DNA from: Bdellovibrionota bacterium
GTDB taxonomy: Bacteria; Bdellovibrionota; UBA2394
Reading direction: 5' to 3'
NCBI GenBank assembly: GCA_049436045.1
Contig: JBMTHG010000002.1
Coordinates: 1 to 47,201, forward strand
DNA: 47,201 bases
The translations under genes and the position numbers were made by a program. Under the pieces are notes generated by a model. That model was not told the origin of the DNA and searched no databases. It was given only the letters and a program-made list of their open reading frames with translations. Every line of letters starts with the position of its first letter. The stretch's first letter is position 1. This document shows positions 9,842 through 20,221 of the stretch, piece after piece.

Positions 9842-11104
9842 ATGAAAATTTTATCTTTAGATGATTTGCCCTGGGAAGATTTGCCACAAAAAAAACGTCG
9901 AGTTTTTCTGAGAGCTGATTTTAATGTTCCGATTCAGTCTGGAGAAGTGCTTGACGATTTTCGAATCAAGCAGGTGATTCCTACGATAGAAAATCTGCTT
10001 CAACGAGGGGCGGTTGTCGTGATTGGCACGCATCTCGGTCGACCACAAAAGCTTGGGCTCGATAAAAGATCCAAGTTAAGTCTCTTGCCGGTAGCGGAGC
10101 GTCTGACCCAGTTAATGAATCGAGATCTCATTTTTTCAGAAGAAAGTTTAGGTTCTGGAGTGAGAAAGCTGATTCAAGATTCAAAGCCGGGTGAGACAGT
10201 GATTCTTCTTGAGAATTTAAGGTTTTATGAAGGGGAAGAGGCGAATGATTCTAGCTTTGCCGAAAAACTTTTTGAGAATTGCGATGTTTATGTAAATGAC
10301 GCCTTTGGAGCCTCTCATCGTGCGCATGCTTCGATTGACGCCATCACTCGCTATGCGCGCTTGAGAGCTGCTGGCTTTCTTTTATCAAAGGAGTATCAAG
10401 TTTTAGAGCAGGTTTTAAGCTCTCCGAAAAAACCTCAAATGGCAGTGTTGGGTGGGGCAAAAATCGAAGATAAGATTCAAGTGATTGAGCGGCTCATTGA
10501 TAGCTGCTCGGAGATTTTTATTGGCGGTCGAATGGGTTTAAGTTTTTTAGCAGCCAAGGGTGTTTCACTTGGAGCGACCAAGCTTGAATCCTCAGCCATC
10601 CAGATGGCCAAGAGAATTTTGGCAGACGCAAAGAAAAAATCTGTTCAAATTCACTATCCTCAAGATGCTAGAGTCGCTCAGGCGATCGACGCCAAAGACT
10701 GTCGAATAAAATTGATCGATCAGATTGATGCGAGCGAAGGAGTTTTTGATCTTGGTCCTCAAACGATGGAGGTTTGGAAATCACATTTAAAAAATGCGAA
10801 GAGCATCGTTTGGAATGGCCCACTTGGCGTTTTTGAAAATCCTGTTTTTGCTCATTCCACTTTGGAGCTTGTAGACTTTTTGGTGGAGAAAAATACCGAC
10901 ATTCAAAGCGTCGTAGGTGGGGGAGAAACGGTGGCGGCTGTTACTCAGCGAGAAGCTTTAGAAAAACTTTATCATGTCTCTACCGGTGGCGGGGCCATGC
11001 TGGAGCTCATCGAGGGGCGAAATTTACCTGGCATAGAGGCTTTAAAATTGCGTGATCGAGAAGTGGCAGAGCTAAAACAGTTTGTCTCACTCAAATATAC
11101 GTAG
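9842..11104 (+). CDS. pgk: Phosphoglycerate kinase
   Basis: RADFNVP, HLGRP, VNDAFGASHRAHAS, GGAKIEDKI and STGGGA(M)LE motifs, at the typical ~400-aa length. Confidence 0.95.
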   Translation: MKILSLDDLPWEDLPQKKRRVFLRADFNVPIQSGEVLDDFRIKQVIPTIENLLQRGAVVVIGTHLGRPQKLGLDKRSKLSLLPVAERLTQLMNRDLIFSEESLGSGVRKLIQDSKPGETVILLENLRFYEGEEANDSSFAEKLFENCDVYVNDAFGASHRAHASIDAITRYARLRAAGFLLSKEYQVLEQVLSSPKKPQMAVLGGAKIEDKIQVIERLIDSCSEIFIGGRMGLSFLAAKGVSLGATKLESSAIQMAKRILADAKKKSVQIHYPQDARVAQAIDAKDCRIKLIDQIDASEGVFDLGPQTMEVWKSHLKNAKSIVWNGPLGVFENPVFAHSTLELVDFLVEKNTDIQSVVGGGETVAAVTQREALEKLYHVSTGGGAMLELIEGRNLPGIEALKLRDREVAELKQFVSLKYT

Positions 11105-11117
11105 TTAGATATTCTTA

Positions 11118-11945
11118 ATGATCGAACTCGAAAAAGACGTTTTCATTTTTGGAAATTGGAAGATGTCGCAAGATTTGCGCGGCTTTCAAGAATTTGTAGC
11201 GGCTTGGCCTACGATAGAATCGGAATTTTCATCCTCAGGAAACTGGTCAAAAATCGAAGCTGCTATTTTTGCAAGTTTTATTCAAATTCCAGCTCTCAGA
11301 GCCTTTCGATTAAAATCATTGATGATTGGCGCGCAAGATTGTTCTTCAGAAGCTCAGGGAGCTTTTACGGGTGAGGTTTCGGCATCTTCTTTAGCGGAGT
11401 TTGGAGCCCAAGGTCTTCTCGTTGGCCACTCGGAGCGTCGAAAAAGAGCCTCAGAGACGCCAGAGAGCCTCCTCTCGAAACTCAAAAATGCGAAAGAGGC
11501 AAATCTGCAGATCGTCTATTGTGTCGGAGAGTCTGAAGCAGAAAGAGATAAGGGCCAAGTTTTTGAGGTTTTAAAGCAGCAGCTGGCCGTATTAAACGAG
11601 CTTTTGCCAGCTTCAATTTTGATCGCCTATGAGCCAGTTTGGGCTATTGGAACGGGCAAAACACCAAGTCTGGCTGAGATCCAAGAGGTGCATCAATGGA
11701 TTCAAAAGTCTTATCCCGATATTCCCATCCTTTATGGTGGCAGTGTAAAGCCAGAGAATGCTCGCGAAATTTTAGGTGTTCCAGGGGTTCGAGGCCTCTT
11801 GATCGGAGGCGCTAGCTTGCAGAAAGAAAGCTTTAAAAGCCTTCTTGAATGTGCTTTAGATTATCTTGATTCAAAGTTTGGGCATTCCAAGGCAGTTGAG
11901 AAGCCCGAAGAAAAAGAAAAAGATTCGAAGGTGAAGAAAGATTAG
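11118..11945 (+). CDS. tpiA: Triosephosphate isomerase
   Basis: GNWKM, GHSERR, AYEPVWAIGTGKT and GGSVKPEN motifs. A ~25-aa Lys/Glu-rich C-terminal tail is extra. Confidence 0.9.
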   Translation: MIELEKDVFIFGNWKMSQDLRGFQEFVAAWPTIESEFSSSGNWSKIEAAIFASFIQIPALRAFRLKSLMIGAQDCSSEAQGAFTGEVSASSLAEFGAQGLLVGHSERRKRASETPESLLSKLKNAKEANLQIVYCVGESEAERDKGQVFEVLKQQLAVLNELLPASILIAYEPVWAIGTGKTPSLAEIQEVHQWIQKSYPDIPILYGGSVKPENAREILGVPGVRGLLIGGASLQKESFKSLLECALDYLDSKFGHSKAVEKPEEKEKDSKVKKD

Positions 11946-11948
11946 CTC

Positions 11949-12338
11949 ATGATTGATTTTTTAATTTCGATGCAAATTCCATTGGTAGTTCTTCAGGTCA
12001 TTATCTCTCCGCTTTTAATTGGACTGATTTTGCTTCAATCTGGCAAAAACGACGATATCGGCTCAGCACTTGGAGCTGGCGGCGGCGGGGGCACTGTTTC
12101 GGGGACGGGCGGAACTTCTAAGGTTTTGGTAAAGGCGACTGTTATTTTTGTAATCATCTTTATGGTGAATTCAATTTTGTTGGCAAAAATTTATAAAGAA
12201 GTCACTTCTTCAAGCTTCGGAACATCTGTGTCTGAGCCTTTGGCTCCTTCAGAGAACGTCATGCCTGCGCCAACAGAGGCAGGTCAGACAAATCCTTCGG
12301 CTCCAAGCTCTGGAGAAGCTGCTCCAAAAAATCCGTGA
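11949..12338 (+). CDS. secG: Preprotein translocase subunit SecG (with a Pro/Ala/Ser-rich C-terminal tail)
   Basis: Two TM helices flank a Gly-rich loop (LILLQSGKNDDIGSALGAGGGGG). It sits in the classic position directly after tpiA. Confidence 0.75.
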   Translation: MIDFLISMQIPLVVLQVIISPLLIGLILLQSGKNDDIGSALGAGGGGGTVSGTGGTSKVLVKATVIFVIIFMVNSILLAKIYKEVTSSSFGTSVSEPLAPSENVMPAPTEAGQTNPSAPSSGEAAPKNP

Positions 12339-13222
12339 GCCTTCGTCGCTATACGACTATGAAGATCGGCGGAAATGCCGATCAAATCATTCGATACTCA
12401 GATTTAGAGCGAGAACCTCAGCGCTGGATGGATTTGCCAAGCCCCATTCGAATCTTAGGAAACGGCAGTAATAGCTTGATCGATGATCGGGGCCTCAAAG
12501 GCAGCGTTGTTTTGATGCGCTCTGAATCTGCTAATTTTGAAATTCTAAAGGAATCCGAGTCGCATTTATTAATTCGTGCCTCGGCGGGCACTTATCTTCC
12601 GAGCCTTGCAAAAAGTCTCGCTAAACAGTCTTGGTCGGGAACCGAATTTATGGTGGGAGTGCCCGGAACTCTTGGGGGCGCTATCGTGCAAAATGCAGGA
12701 GCGAACGATCAAGAAATGAAACAGATTGTCAGAGAGGTCGTGGCCCTGGATTTGGCTCAGCGAACTTTGCTGAGCTTTACGAACGAGCAATGCGAGTTCT
12801 CTTATCGGCATAGTTTTTTTAAAAATAATCCCTCGTATCTGATTCAAAGTGTGACACTTGAGTTAGCAAGAAGAGATGCCTTGGATTGTCAGGCAAGTCT
12901 CGATCGAAATCTGAATTATCGAAAACAAAAAACGCCTTGGGCGCAGGCCTCTTTGGGCTCGATGTATACTCGCTTAGAAACAGATTCCGGAATCATTTAT
13001 CCGGGAGCTTTGATTGAGTCTTGTGGTCTCAAATCATTTCGCGTTGGCGGAGCTTTTGTTTCTGAAAAGCATGCCAACTATTTCATCAACTCAGGCGAGG
13101 CAAGTTTTGAAGACATGTATCGACTCATGCTTTCGGTCGAAAAGAAAGTTTTTGAGGAGACGGGTGTTCGACTTCAAAGAGAGATTGAAGTTTGGTCAGA
13201 TCGACTTGCTGAGTTTGCTTAG
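12335..13222 (+). CDS. murB: UDP-N-acetylenolpyruvoylglucosamine reductase MurB
   Basis: TTMKIGGNAD, ILGNGSNSLIDD, GVPGTLGGAIVQNAGA and SYRHSFF motifs. The GTG start overlaps the secG TGA (GTGA at 12335-12338). Confidence 0.85.
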   Translation: MSLRRYTTMKIGGNADQIIRYSDLEREPQRWMDLPSPIRILGNGSNSLIDDRGLKGSVVLMRSESANFEILKESESHLLIRASAGTYLPSLAKSLAKQSWSGTEFMVGVPGTLGGAIVQNAGANDQEMKQIVREVVALDLAQRTLLSFTNEQCEFSYRHSFFKNNPSYLIQSVTLELARRDALDCQASLDRNLNYRKQKTPWAQASLGSMYTRLETDSGIIYPGALIESCGLKSFRVGGAFVSEKHANYFINSGEASFEDMYRLMLSVEKKVFEETGVRLQREIEVWSDRLAEFA

Positions 13223-13911
13223 TGAATTCCTGAAAAAAAGCGGCTAAATCGCAGAAATGGAAAATGGTTTTTATCAAATGAAAACCAGATAAAGCTACCT
13301 TCTCCCAAGAATTGATCGCGCTCAACAAAGCCCCAAAATCGAGAATCGTGGCTATTGTCACGATTATCGCCCATCACGAAATATTGGCCGGGGGGCACGA
13401 CGACGGCCTCCATGTCTGGAGCGAATTTGCCATTCATATGCATGACATAGTAGGTGTGGTCTCCATTTGTTTCTTTAAATAAAGACAGTCGCTTTGGATC
13501 ATACTCGGGAGCAAGATCCGCGAGAATTGATTGGTCTTCGACTTTTTCAAGTGGAAGTGGCCTGCCATTTAAAATGACTCGTTTATCTCGAATCTCGACC
13601 GTATCTCCCGGAACGCCAATCACTCGTTTGATATAATCTTTGTCGGGTTCAACGGGATATTCAAAAACCGCAACTTCACCTCGCTGAGGGTCAGCTCTTT
13701 TGACGAGAGACTTTCTCGTATAGGGAACATGCCAATCATAAGAAAACATTTTCACAAAGATGAATTCTCCAACTTTAATCGTGGGAATCATTGAGCCGGT
13801 AGGAATATGACGGGGAGAGGCGACCACCGATCGAAAGAAAAAAGCTACAATGGCAGCAATGCCAAGAGTTAAAATCCATTCTTTAAAAATGTAGCGAAAA
13901 TTTATTTTCAT
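13219..13911 (-). CDS. lepB: Signal peptidase I
   Basis: An N-terminal TM segment is followed by the catalytic Ser box GSMIPTI, the Lys box YIKRVIGVPGD, and GDNRDNSHDSRFWGFV. Confidence 0.9.
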   Translation of the reverse strand: MKINFRYIFKEWILTLGIAAIVAFFFRSVVASPRHIPTGSMIPTIKVGEFIFVKMFSYDWHVPYTRKSLVKRADPQRGEVAVFEYPVEPDKDYIKRVIGVPGDTVEIRDKRVILNGRPLPLEKVEDQSILADLAPEYDPKRLSLFKETNGDHTYYVMHMNGKFAPDMEAVVVPPGQYFVMGDNRDNSHDSRFWGFVERDQFLGEGSFIWFSFDKNHFPFLRFSRFFSGIH

Positions 13912-13923
13912 CTCGAAATGATT

Positions 13924-14958
13924 TTAGCTCTTAGTATCTGAGAAAGTCGAGGCGGATTCAATAATGTCACCTTTAAGACCTTCGTAAAATGAGGCATTTT
14001 GTTCATTCTTAAAGCGAGAAAGACGAGACTCCTTCCAGCGCTTTCCGTCAGCGCAAAGCCACTTCTCACAGCGGCCTTTGCCTCCCAGGTCTTTGGATAA
14101 GATTCGAGCCTCTGAGGATTTAAACTGAGAAGCAGACTTGCCGACGACCAAAAAACTATAAAGAAGATTTTTTTGCCGATATCCAAGAGATCGCACCAAT
14201 TCCCAAAACTGATTCGGGGCCTTAAAGGCGCGCTCTTCATGACACCACTCATTGGCGGCTAAAGCAGGGCAAGCTTGTTGATGTGTGCAGGGCAGGAGAA
14301 TGTTTAGATTTTGGCTCAAATAATCTCTTAACTTTAAAAACTTGTGATTGATTTCGCGAGATGAGGGTTCAATAAAAATCCACAGACTTTCTTCTGAAGC
14401 CTTTTTCATTTGCTGTTCTAACTGCTGCCAAATTGGATTGGAATGAAACTCATCATCAGATGAGCGAAAGAGAATTTCATTCCACACATTTGCCATGACA
14501 GTGATTCGAGGAGCTTGATCTTTTAGATGTGATAGAAATTCGATAGAGGCGGGCAAGAAATCTTTAAAGTATTGCATCGACCATTTCATCACCGATTGAT
14601 CTTGATCTAAGCTATAGAGTTTTTCGATTTTGATTTTTTTCTCTTTAAAAAAATCCATAGCGCCTAAGGTGGCTCCTAAAGTTCCCGCGCCAAAATCAAG
14701 AAAATCAATCGAGCCAAGACTGCTGTTTAAGTAGGAATATTGCCAAAGCTCCTCCAAAACTTTTCTAGTCTTTAGGGCATTGATAAATCCAAAATATTGA
14801 GAATAGGGGCGATATCTGAGACTCGACCACTCTGGGTTTATAAACTTCTGATAAGCTTCACTGATTTCTTTCAATTCCAAGATTTCTCTTTTGGAGAGCT
14901 TTTCTTCAAAGAACCTTTTCTCAAGTTCTGGCGATAATGAAATCTTCTTGATTCTCAT
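13924..14958 (-). CDS. Rsm22-family class I SAM-dependent methyltransferase (putative)
   Basis: SAM-binding loop FLDFGAGTLGATLG. The C-terminal Cys/His cluster LLPCTHQQACPALAANEWCHEE resembles the PC-H-x-CP...WCHF cluster I associate with Rsm22-like proteins. Confidence 0.55.
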   Translation of the reverse strand: MRIKKISLSPELEKRFFEEKLSKREILELKEISEAYQKFINPEWSSLRYRPYSQYFGFINALKTRKVLEELWQYSYLNSSLGSIDFLDFGAGTLGATLGAMDFFKEKKIKIEKLYSLDQDQSVMKWSMQYFKDFLPASIEFLSHLKDQAPRITVMANVWNEILFRSSDDEFHSNPIWQQLEQQMKKASEESLWIFIEPSSREINHKFLKLRDYLSQNLNILLPCTHQQACPALAANEWCHEERAFKAPNQFWELVRSLGYRQKNLLYSFLVVGKSASQFKSSEARILSKDLGGKGRCEKWLCADGKRWKESRLSRFKNEQNASFYEGLKGDIIESASTFSDTKS

Positions 14959-14988
14959 GAGTTGTGAAAGCCTTTAAGATAAAATGAA

Positions 14989-16077
14989 ATGAAAGTCATG
15001 CTATTAAAGCCCAATCTTTTGCTTCCGAGCAATGGGGGAGATATTTCAATCATCGAGTATTTTAGCCTCTTTCAGACCTGGGGTTGGAAGGTCGAGATTC
15101 ATCTTCTGGTGAACAACAAGATAAGAGAATATTTAGAGACTCATCAAGATTTATGGAAAGTTAAGATAACAAAGCGAGGCTATCAAATTCGAGATCTTGA
15201 GATCGATCTTCATTCTCAAGATCATATTGACCATCATGAAGTTCATCATCAGCAGATTTTTGAGGGTTTCTTTGAGAAGCTTTTGAGTGAGAGGCGGCCA
15301 GATGTAGGCTTCGGCCATTATACCGATTTTTTCGCCACGAGCAGTCTTTGTCGTTGGAATCCGAATCGTTCTTTTATTTTTCAAACAGATAATGAGTTTC
15401 CTCGCCTCGATCAGCTTCAATCTTTTAAGGCAATTCACGAGAGTTTTTCAAAGATAAAAAATTTTTTAGTGGCCTCTAGCTTTATGAAATCTCAAGTACA
15501 AAAGGCTTATCCAGATTCGAGTGTTTTTGAACTTCTTAATGTTTTAGCTATTCTTGATTCCGATGATGAAATTTCTTTTGATTCAAACCGCTATTGGACT
15601 TTTGTGAATCCAGTTCCTGTGAAAGGCAGAGATTTTTTTCTGTCGTTAGCAAAGGCTTTGCCAGAGGTGAATTTTCAAGTTGTCGAAAACTGGGGGCAAA
15701 GCTCTGATCTATCCTTGAATCTAGAAAATGTTCGAGTTCGACAGGCCGAACGAGATATTCGCAGAGTTTTTAAATCTGCGAAGGGGCTTCTCATGCCCAG
15801 TATTTGGGAGGAGGCATTCGGGCGACTTCCATTAGAGGCGATGCACTTTGGTCTTCCGGTTCTTGCCAGCAATCGAGGAGCTCTTCCGCAGACCTTGGGC
15901 GGGGGAGGCTCTGCTCTAGATTTAGATGTTAAGCTCTGGGCTGAAAAGATAAACGAAGTTGACGCTTTGCAGGAAGATTGGATCAAGCGGGCCAAAGATC
16001 GAGTGCATCAATATCGACAAGATCGCGACTTGAGTCTGAAAAATTTTAGAGACCTCATCGAAAATATTGTCAGATAA
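14989..16077 (+). CDS. Glycosyltransferase, GT-B fold (GT4 / glycosyl transferases group 1)
   Basis: The C-terminal domain motif LLMPSIWEEAFGRLPLEAMHFGLPVLASNRGALPQTLGGGG is the E-x7-E type signature of group-1 transferases. Confidence 0.75.
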   Translation: MKVMLLKPNLLLPSNGGDISIIEYFSLFQTWGWKVEIHLLVNNKIREYLETHQDLWKVKITKRGYQIRDLEIDLHSQDHIDHHEVHHQQIFEGFFEKLLSERRPDVGFGHYTDFFATSSLCRWNPNRSFIFQTDNEFPRLDQLQSFKAIHESFSKIKNFLVASSFMKSQVQKAYPDSSVFELLNVLAILDSDDEISFDSNRYWTFVNPVPVKGRDFFLSLAKALPEVNFQVVENWGQSSDLSLNLENVRVRQAERDIRRVFKSAKGLLMPSIWEEAFGRLPLEAMHFGLPVLASNRGALPQTLGGGGSALDLDVKLWAEKINEVDALQEDWIKRAKDRVHQYRQDRDLSLKNFRDLIENIVR

Positions 16078-16134
16078 CGCAGTGCTCTCAACAAAGAAAT
16101 CTTCGACTTGGGCGAGAGGCTGATAAAATAAGTT

Positions 16135-16713
16135 ATGTCTGAAGAGAAAGACTTTTTTAAAGTTCCGTGTGAGTTTCAGCTCAGATTTCGTGAACTGACT
16201 CAAGAGGAGGCGGATCTTTTTCATGCAAGCCCCTCAAGGCCATCTCCTTATTCGGCGCTTCGAACTGAACTCAAAGCGCTCACAGAATCTATCAAGTTTG
16301 GAGATCCTTATAAGACTTTGATTGAAAAAGCTTTTCAGCTTTTGATCAATATGGATCAGCGATTGGAGAGAATGGAAGAGCAGGTTTATTCTGTGACTTC
16401 AGATGTCGCAGATGATTTGGTGGGCTATCAGTGGACGATCGCCGAAATCGGAGCTCTCGGCATTCAGCTCGATAAGAAATATGTTTCGCCACAGAATTCA
16501 AATAGTATCTTTCTCTTAGACTTTATCATTCCGTCGCTGCCGGAGCAGCGAGTGATTGCGACGGCTAGTTTGAAAGACTTGGATTCGAGCTCTTATGTCT
16601 TTTTCTTCAAATCGATTCATGATGCCGACAGAGAGTTGATTCATCAATTCGTGGCATCAAGAGAAAGAGAGATTCTGCGCGATCGATCGGCACGCAAAAA
16701 AGGCGAAAACTAG
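16135..16713 (+). CDS. Hypothetical protein, possibly a divergent PilZ-like c-di-GMP binding protein
   Basis: ORF track, 192 aa. The N-terminal FFKVPCEFQLRFRE and a later TIAEIGALGIQLD segment loosely recall the PilZ RxxxR and DxSxxG elements, but the spacing is atypical. The C-terminal FFKSIHDADRELIHQFVASREREILR is like PilZ C-terminal helices. Only the coding call is reasonably supported. Confidence 0.45.
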   Translation: MSEEKDFFKVPCEFQLRFRELTQEEADLFHASPSRPSPYSALRTELKALTESIKFGDPYKTLIEKAFQLLINMDQRLERMEEQVYSVTSDVADDLVGYQWTIAEIGALGIQLDKKYVSPQNSNSIFLLDFIIPSLPEQRVIATASLKDLDSSSYVFFFKSIHDADRELIHQFVASREREILRDRSARKKGEN

Positions 16714-16767
16714 TCTTCAGCTCTTCTTTAACTTGAGTCTTTTTCGCTTTTAAGATTTTGTATTTCG

Positions 16768-17547
16768 ATGAAAGAGATCTCGATCGTTTCATGGAATATC
16801 AATGGGTTGCGAGCCGTTTTAAAGAAAGGCCTGAACGACTTTCTTGAGCAGCGAAAGCCAGATGTTGTTTGCTTGCAAGAGATTAAATGCTTTGAAAATC
16901 AGTTAGATGAAAAAGAGAAGTCGGAGCTCGAACAAGCTTATCAGCTTTATTGGCATCCTGCCGAGCGCCCCGGATACAGCGGTGTGATGAGTCTTGATCG
17001 AGGATTGGTCAAAGGCACTCAATTTGGTTTTGGCCTCAAAAAATTTGATTCTGAGGGGCGCGTGCTCATTCATGATTTCGGCGATTTTGAGCTTTTGAAT
17101 TGCTATTTTCCAAATGGTGGAGCGAGTGAAGAGAGACATTTTTTTAAAATGGATTTTCTGAAAGAATTTCTTCAATTCCTAAAAAAGCGGCAGAAAGAAA
17201 AGCCTTTGATTGTGACGGGCGATATCAATATCGCTCACAAAGAAATAGATATTCATGATCCTGTTAGACTGGATGGTGAGAGCGGATTTAAACCTGAGGA
17301 GAGGGCTTGGATGGATGAATTGCACGCTGCAGGTTTTCAAGACGTCTTTCGTCATTTTTTTCCTGACCAGCAAGATGAGTATAGTTGGTGGTCTTATCGG
17401 GCGGGTGCACGTCAAAGAAATAAAGGCTGGAGAATCGATTATTTCATCGCTTCAAATCAGATCTTAGATCGAGTTTCTTCGATTCAGCATTTGCCTAAGA
17501 TTCTAGGTTCAGATCATTGCCCTTTAGAGCTAAAAATTCAGGTCTAG
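16768..17547 (+). CDS. xthA: Exodeoxyribonuclease III (AP endonuclease)
   Basis: VSWNINGLRA, CLQEIK, GDINIAH, WSYR...GWRIDY and SDHCPL motifs. Confidence 0.9.
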   Translation: MKEISIVSWNINGLRAVLKKGLNDFLEQRKPDVVCLQEIKCFENQLDEKEKSELEQAYQLYWHPAERPGYSGVMSLDRGLVKGTQFGFGLKKFDSEGRVLIHDFGDFELLNCYFPNGGASEERHFFKMDFLKEFLQFLKKRQKEKPLIVTGDINIAHKEIDIHDPVRLDGESGFKPEERAWMDELHAAGFQDVFRHFFPDQQDEYSWWSYRAGARQRNKGWRIDYFIASNQILDRVSSIQHLPKILGSDHCPLELKIQV

Positions 17548-19049
17548 GCTTTGAAGGCGTCGGCTTCAGGCAATGAGTTTTCTTGATATTCTTTGCCATC
17601 AAAGCTCAAAAGTCGGAATTGATTTTGAATATTCGTTTGAATATGAACCGGTCTCTTCCAGCACTTTTGAAGGTGCATGAGGGTATCTTTGGCCTTTGCC
17701 AACTGAATCTCACTCGCTTCATAGCGATGCCAAAGATAAAGCTCACCACGATTTTTATAATTGGCATCGACAACGAAAATTCGAGGGTGCCCTCGATTCG
17801 TGAGTTGAAATAAAAGCTGTTGCTTTATTTTTTCAAACTCGCGGGATGCAATTTCATACTCATCCGACTTGGGGTTTTTCTGAAAAGTAAAGAGCTTGTG
17901 TTCGGCGCAAAACTCTGGCGTTAAAAATTCGTCGATAAACATCACATCATTATAGACTTTTCTGACTTCAAAAATCTTTTGTCTTCCAAGCCCTAGATTT
18001 TTATTCCAAGATTTCTTTTCTGTCAGGTTTGGGCAGTTATCATATTCAAGACCAAATTTTCCAGTATTCCATCTCTCTTCAATATCTCTGAAGAGTTCAA
18101 TTCCAATCTTATAAGGATTAAATCTTCCTCCCGCCATCGACACTGTTCCGGCATGAGAGTTGGCATAGTCGATAATTTCAGAATCTTCTAATTTATGCCG
18201 AGTCATGATGTGAGAGTGCCAATAACTTGCCCAGCCCTCGTTCATGATTTTCGTCTGCGCCTGAGGAAGAAAATAATAAGCTTCTTCGCGAATGATCTCT
18301 AGAGTCTCTCTTTCCCAGTTTTCTAGTGGGGCATATTGAATCAAAAATCCAAGAATATCTTGATCAGGTTTTTCAGGAATTCTTTTTTGTTTTTCAAGGG
18401 CATCGATGAGCTTTTGTTTTTGCTGCTCAAGAAACTCAGGTGGATTGATGAACTTATCCATATAATCTTTTGATTTAAGTTTTCCTGGACTAAGACGAGA
18501 TGGATCAATTTCAAAGTTTTCTGGCATGGCACTTGCGATCTTGCCAAAGCGCGCATCTGGATCAATGAGATTATCGATCGAGAGGCAGACATCAATAAAA
18601 GACTCAACACGCTCAACGCCGAGGCGCTCCATAAAACGGCGAATCTTCACACCATGATTTGCCATCATATCGACAGCTTTTCGGTGAGTGTGAGAGAAAA
18701 ACATATTGTTCTTAAAAAAATCAGCGTGTCCATAAACATGAGCCATCACCAATTTTTGATCCATCGTAGTGTTGCCCTTCATCAAATAGGCAATGACAGG
18801 ATCATTGTTGATCACCATTTCATAAATTTTCGAGAGCCCGTAGTTGTAGCTTTTTGAGAGGCGTTCGTAGTCCATTCCAAATGACCAATGAGGATATCGA
18901 TTCGGAAAACCGCCATAAGCGGCCAGCTGATTCATTTCATCGTAATCAACGATTTCAAAAATTGTAGTGTAAAAATCTAGACCATAAGAGACGGCGATTT
19001 TTTCAATCTCTTCTTTGTGCTGTGCAAGTTCTAGAGGCAGATCAGCCAT
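17544..19049 (-). CDS. spoVR: SpoVR/YcgB family protein
   Basis: [38 protein letters not shown]...[14 protein letters not shown] is the SpoVR family core. It is the third gene of the prkA-yeaH-spoVR triad. Confidence 0.9.
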   Translation of the reverse strand: MADLPLELAQHKEEIEKIAVSYGLDFYTTIFEIVDYDEMNQLAAYGGFPNRYPHWSFGMDYERLSKSYNYGLSKIYEMVINNDPVIAYLMKGNTTMDQKLVMAHVYGHADFFKNNMFFSHTHRKAVDMMANHGVKIRRFMERLGVERVESFIDVCLSIDNLIDPDARFGKIASAMPENFEIDPSRLSPGKLKSKDYMDKFINPPEFLEQQKQKLIDALEKQKRIPEKPDQDILGFLIQYAPLENWERETLEIIREEAYYFLPQAQTKIMNEGWASYWHSHIMTRHKLEDSEIIDYANSHAGTVSMAGGRFNPYKIGIELFRDIEERWNTGKFGLEYDNCPNLTEKKSWNKNLGLGRQKIFEVRKVYNDVMFIDEFLTPEFCAEHKLFTFQKNPKSDEYEIASREFEKIKQQLLFQLTNRGHPRIFVVDANYKNRGELYLWHRYEASEIQLAKAKDTLMHLQKCWKRPVHIQTNIQNQFRLLSFDGKEYQENSLPEADAFKA

Positions 19050-19094
19050 AACTTATTTTATCGTGAATTTCTTAAAGCGTCGACCTGAAGGCCA

Positions 19095-20213
19095 TTAATA
19101 ACCTTTATTTAAGAACTCTTTAATCGAGTCGTAGATGGCCTCTTTGTTGGGAATCCTAGACGCAATGATTCTTTCGGCTGAGGCCTCTTTGCTGAAATGC
19201 TCCGTCAGATCTCTGAAAAATTGCCCGCTTCCATAGAGACTCTCGACTTGACCGTAGCAGAACATATTGACCTTAGGCAGAATCTTGTCTTTCAAAAGAT
19301 GAAAGCACTTTTGAGAATCATCAGCGCTCCAATTGTCGCCATCTGAGAAGTGAAAGGGGTAGATATTCCACTCTTGCGGAGGAAAGTGTTTCTCAATCAT
19401 TTCTAAACAGAGCTGATAGGCTGAAGAAATGATCGTTCCTCCTGATTCTCGGGTTGAGAAAAAAGTCTCTCGATCAACCTCATGAGCGGCAGCATCGTGA
19501 ATAATGTATCGAGTTTGAATCCCTTTATATTGAGATCTCAGCCATGTATCGATCCAGAATGACTCTGCGCGTACGATTTCTTTTTGCTCGTCGCCCATAG
19601 AGCCTGAAACGTCCATCATAAAAATAATAACGGCAGAGTTGTTCTCAACAGGCTTAATTTTATAAGACCGATAACGAAAGTCTCGAGATTGGGGAATGAT
19701 TCGCGGATCTTCTTGATCGTAGTCTCCCATGCTGATGTTTCTCTTTAAGGCCTCTTTATAAGTGCGTTTGAAATGAAGAAGAGATTTAGGCCCCAGCTGA
19801 TGAATCGAGTTGTATTTTGTTCTCTCAGCAAGAATATTTTTATCACCCCGCGGCTGAATTCGTGGAAGGCCAAGTTCTGTTCCTAGAATTTCAGCCATCT
19901 CTTCAAAGCTGATGTCGACCTCTTGAATGTGAGCTCCAGGGGTGTTGCCCGCTTGGCCAGCACCATCTTGCGGATCTCCGGCCTGGCCCAGCGAATCGCC
20001 CTCTTTTCCATCGCCAGCTCCAACTCCTTGTTGATCATTTTTGCCAAACTCAAAGTGGGGGAGATCAATGCTCGGAACAGGAATGCTGATGTATTCTTTG
20101 CCTTTTACGCCGAGCATTTCGCCATGAGAAATATACTTTCGCAGATCTTTTTTGATCTTGCCTTTGATGATATTTCTAAAGCGAGCGTGATCGCTGTTGA
20201 TTTTTAAAAACAT
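19095..20213 (-). CDS. yeaH: YeaH/YhbH family protein (DUF444, vWA-like)
   Basis: N-terminal [18 protein letters not shown], a Gly/Asp-rich linker, and the MIDAS-like FMMDVSGSM motif. It starts 8 nt after the prkA stop. Confidence 0.85.
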   Translation of the reverse strand: MFLKINSDHARFRNIIKGKIKKDLRKYISHGEMLGVKGKEYISIPVPSIDLPHFEFGKNDQQGVGAGDGKEGDSLGQAGDPQDGAGQAGNTPGAHIQEVDISFEEMAEILGTELGLPRIQPRGDKNILAERTKYNSIHQLGPKSLLHFKRTYKEALKRNISMGDYDQEDPRIIPQSRDFRYRSYKIKPVENNSAVIIFMMDVSGSMGDEQKEIVRAESFWIDTWLRSQYKGIQTRYIIHDAAAHEVDRETFFSTRESGGTIISSAYQLCLEMIEKHFPPQEWNIYPFHFSDGDNWSADDSQKCFHLLKDKILPKVNMFCYGQVESLYGSGQFFRDLTEHFSKEASAERIIASRIPNKEAIYDSIKEFLNKGY

Positions 20214-20221
20214 GATTTCGT

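Noticed and set aside
13908-14252. 114-aa minus-strand ORF overlapping the methyltransferase gene in another frame.
   Set aside because: It is fully contained in the 344-aa ORF, which carries the SAM-binding and Cys-cluster motifs.
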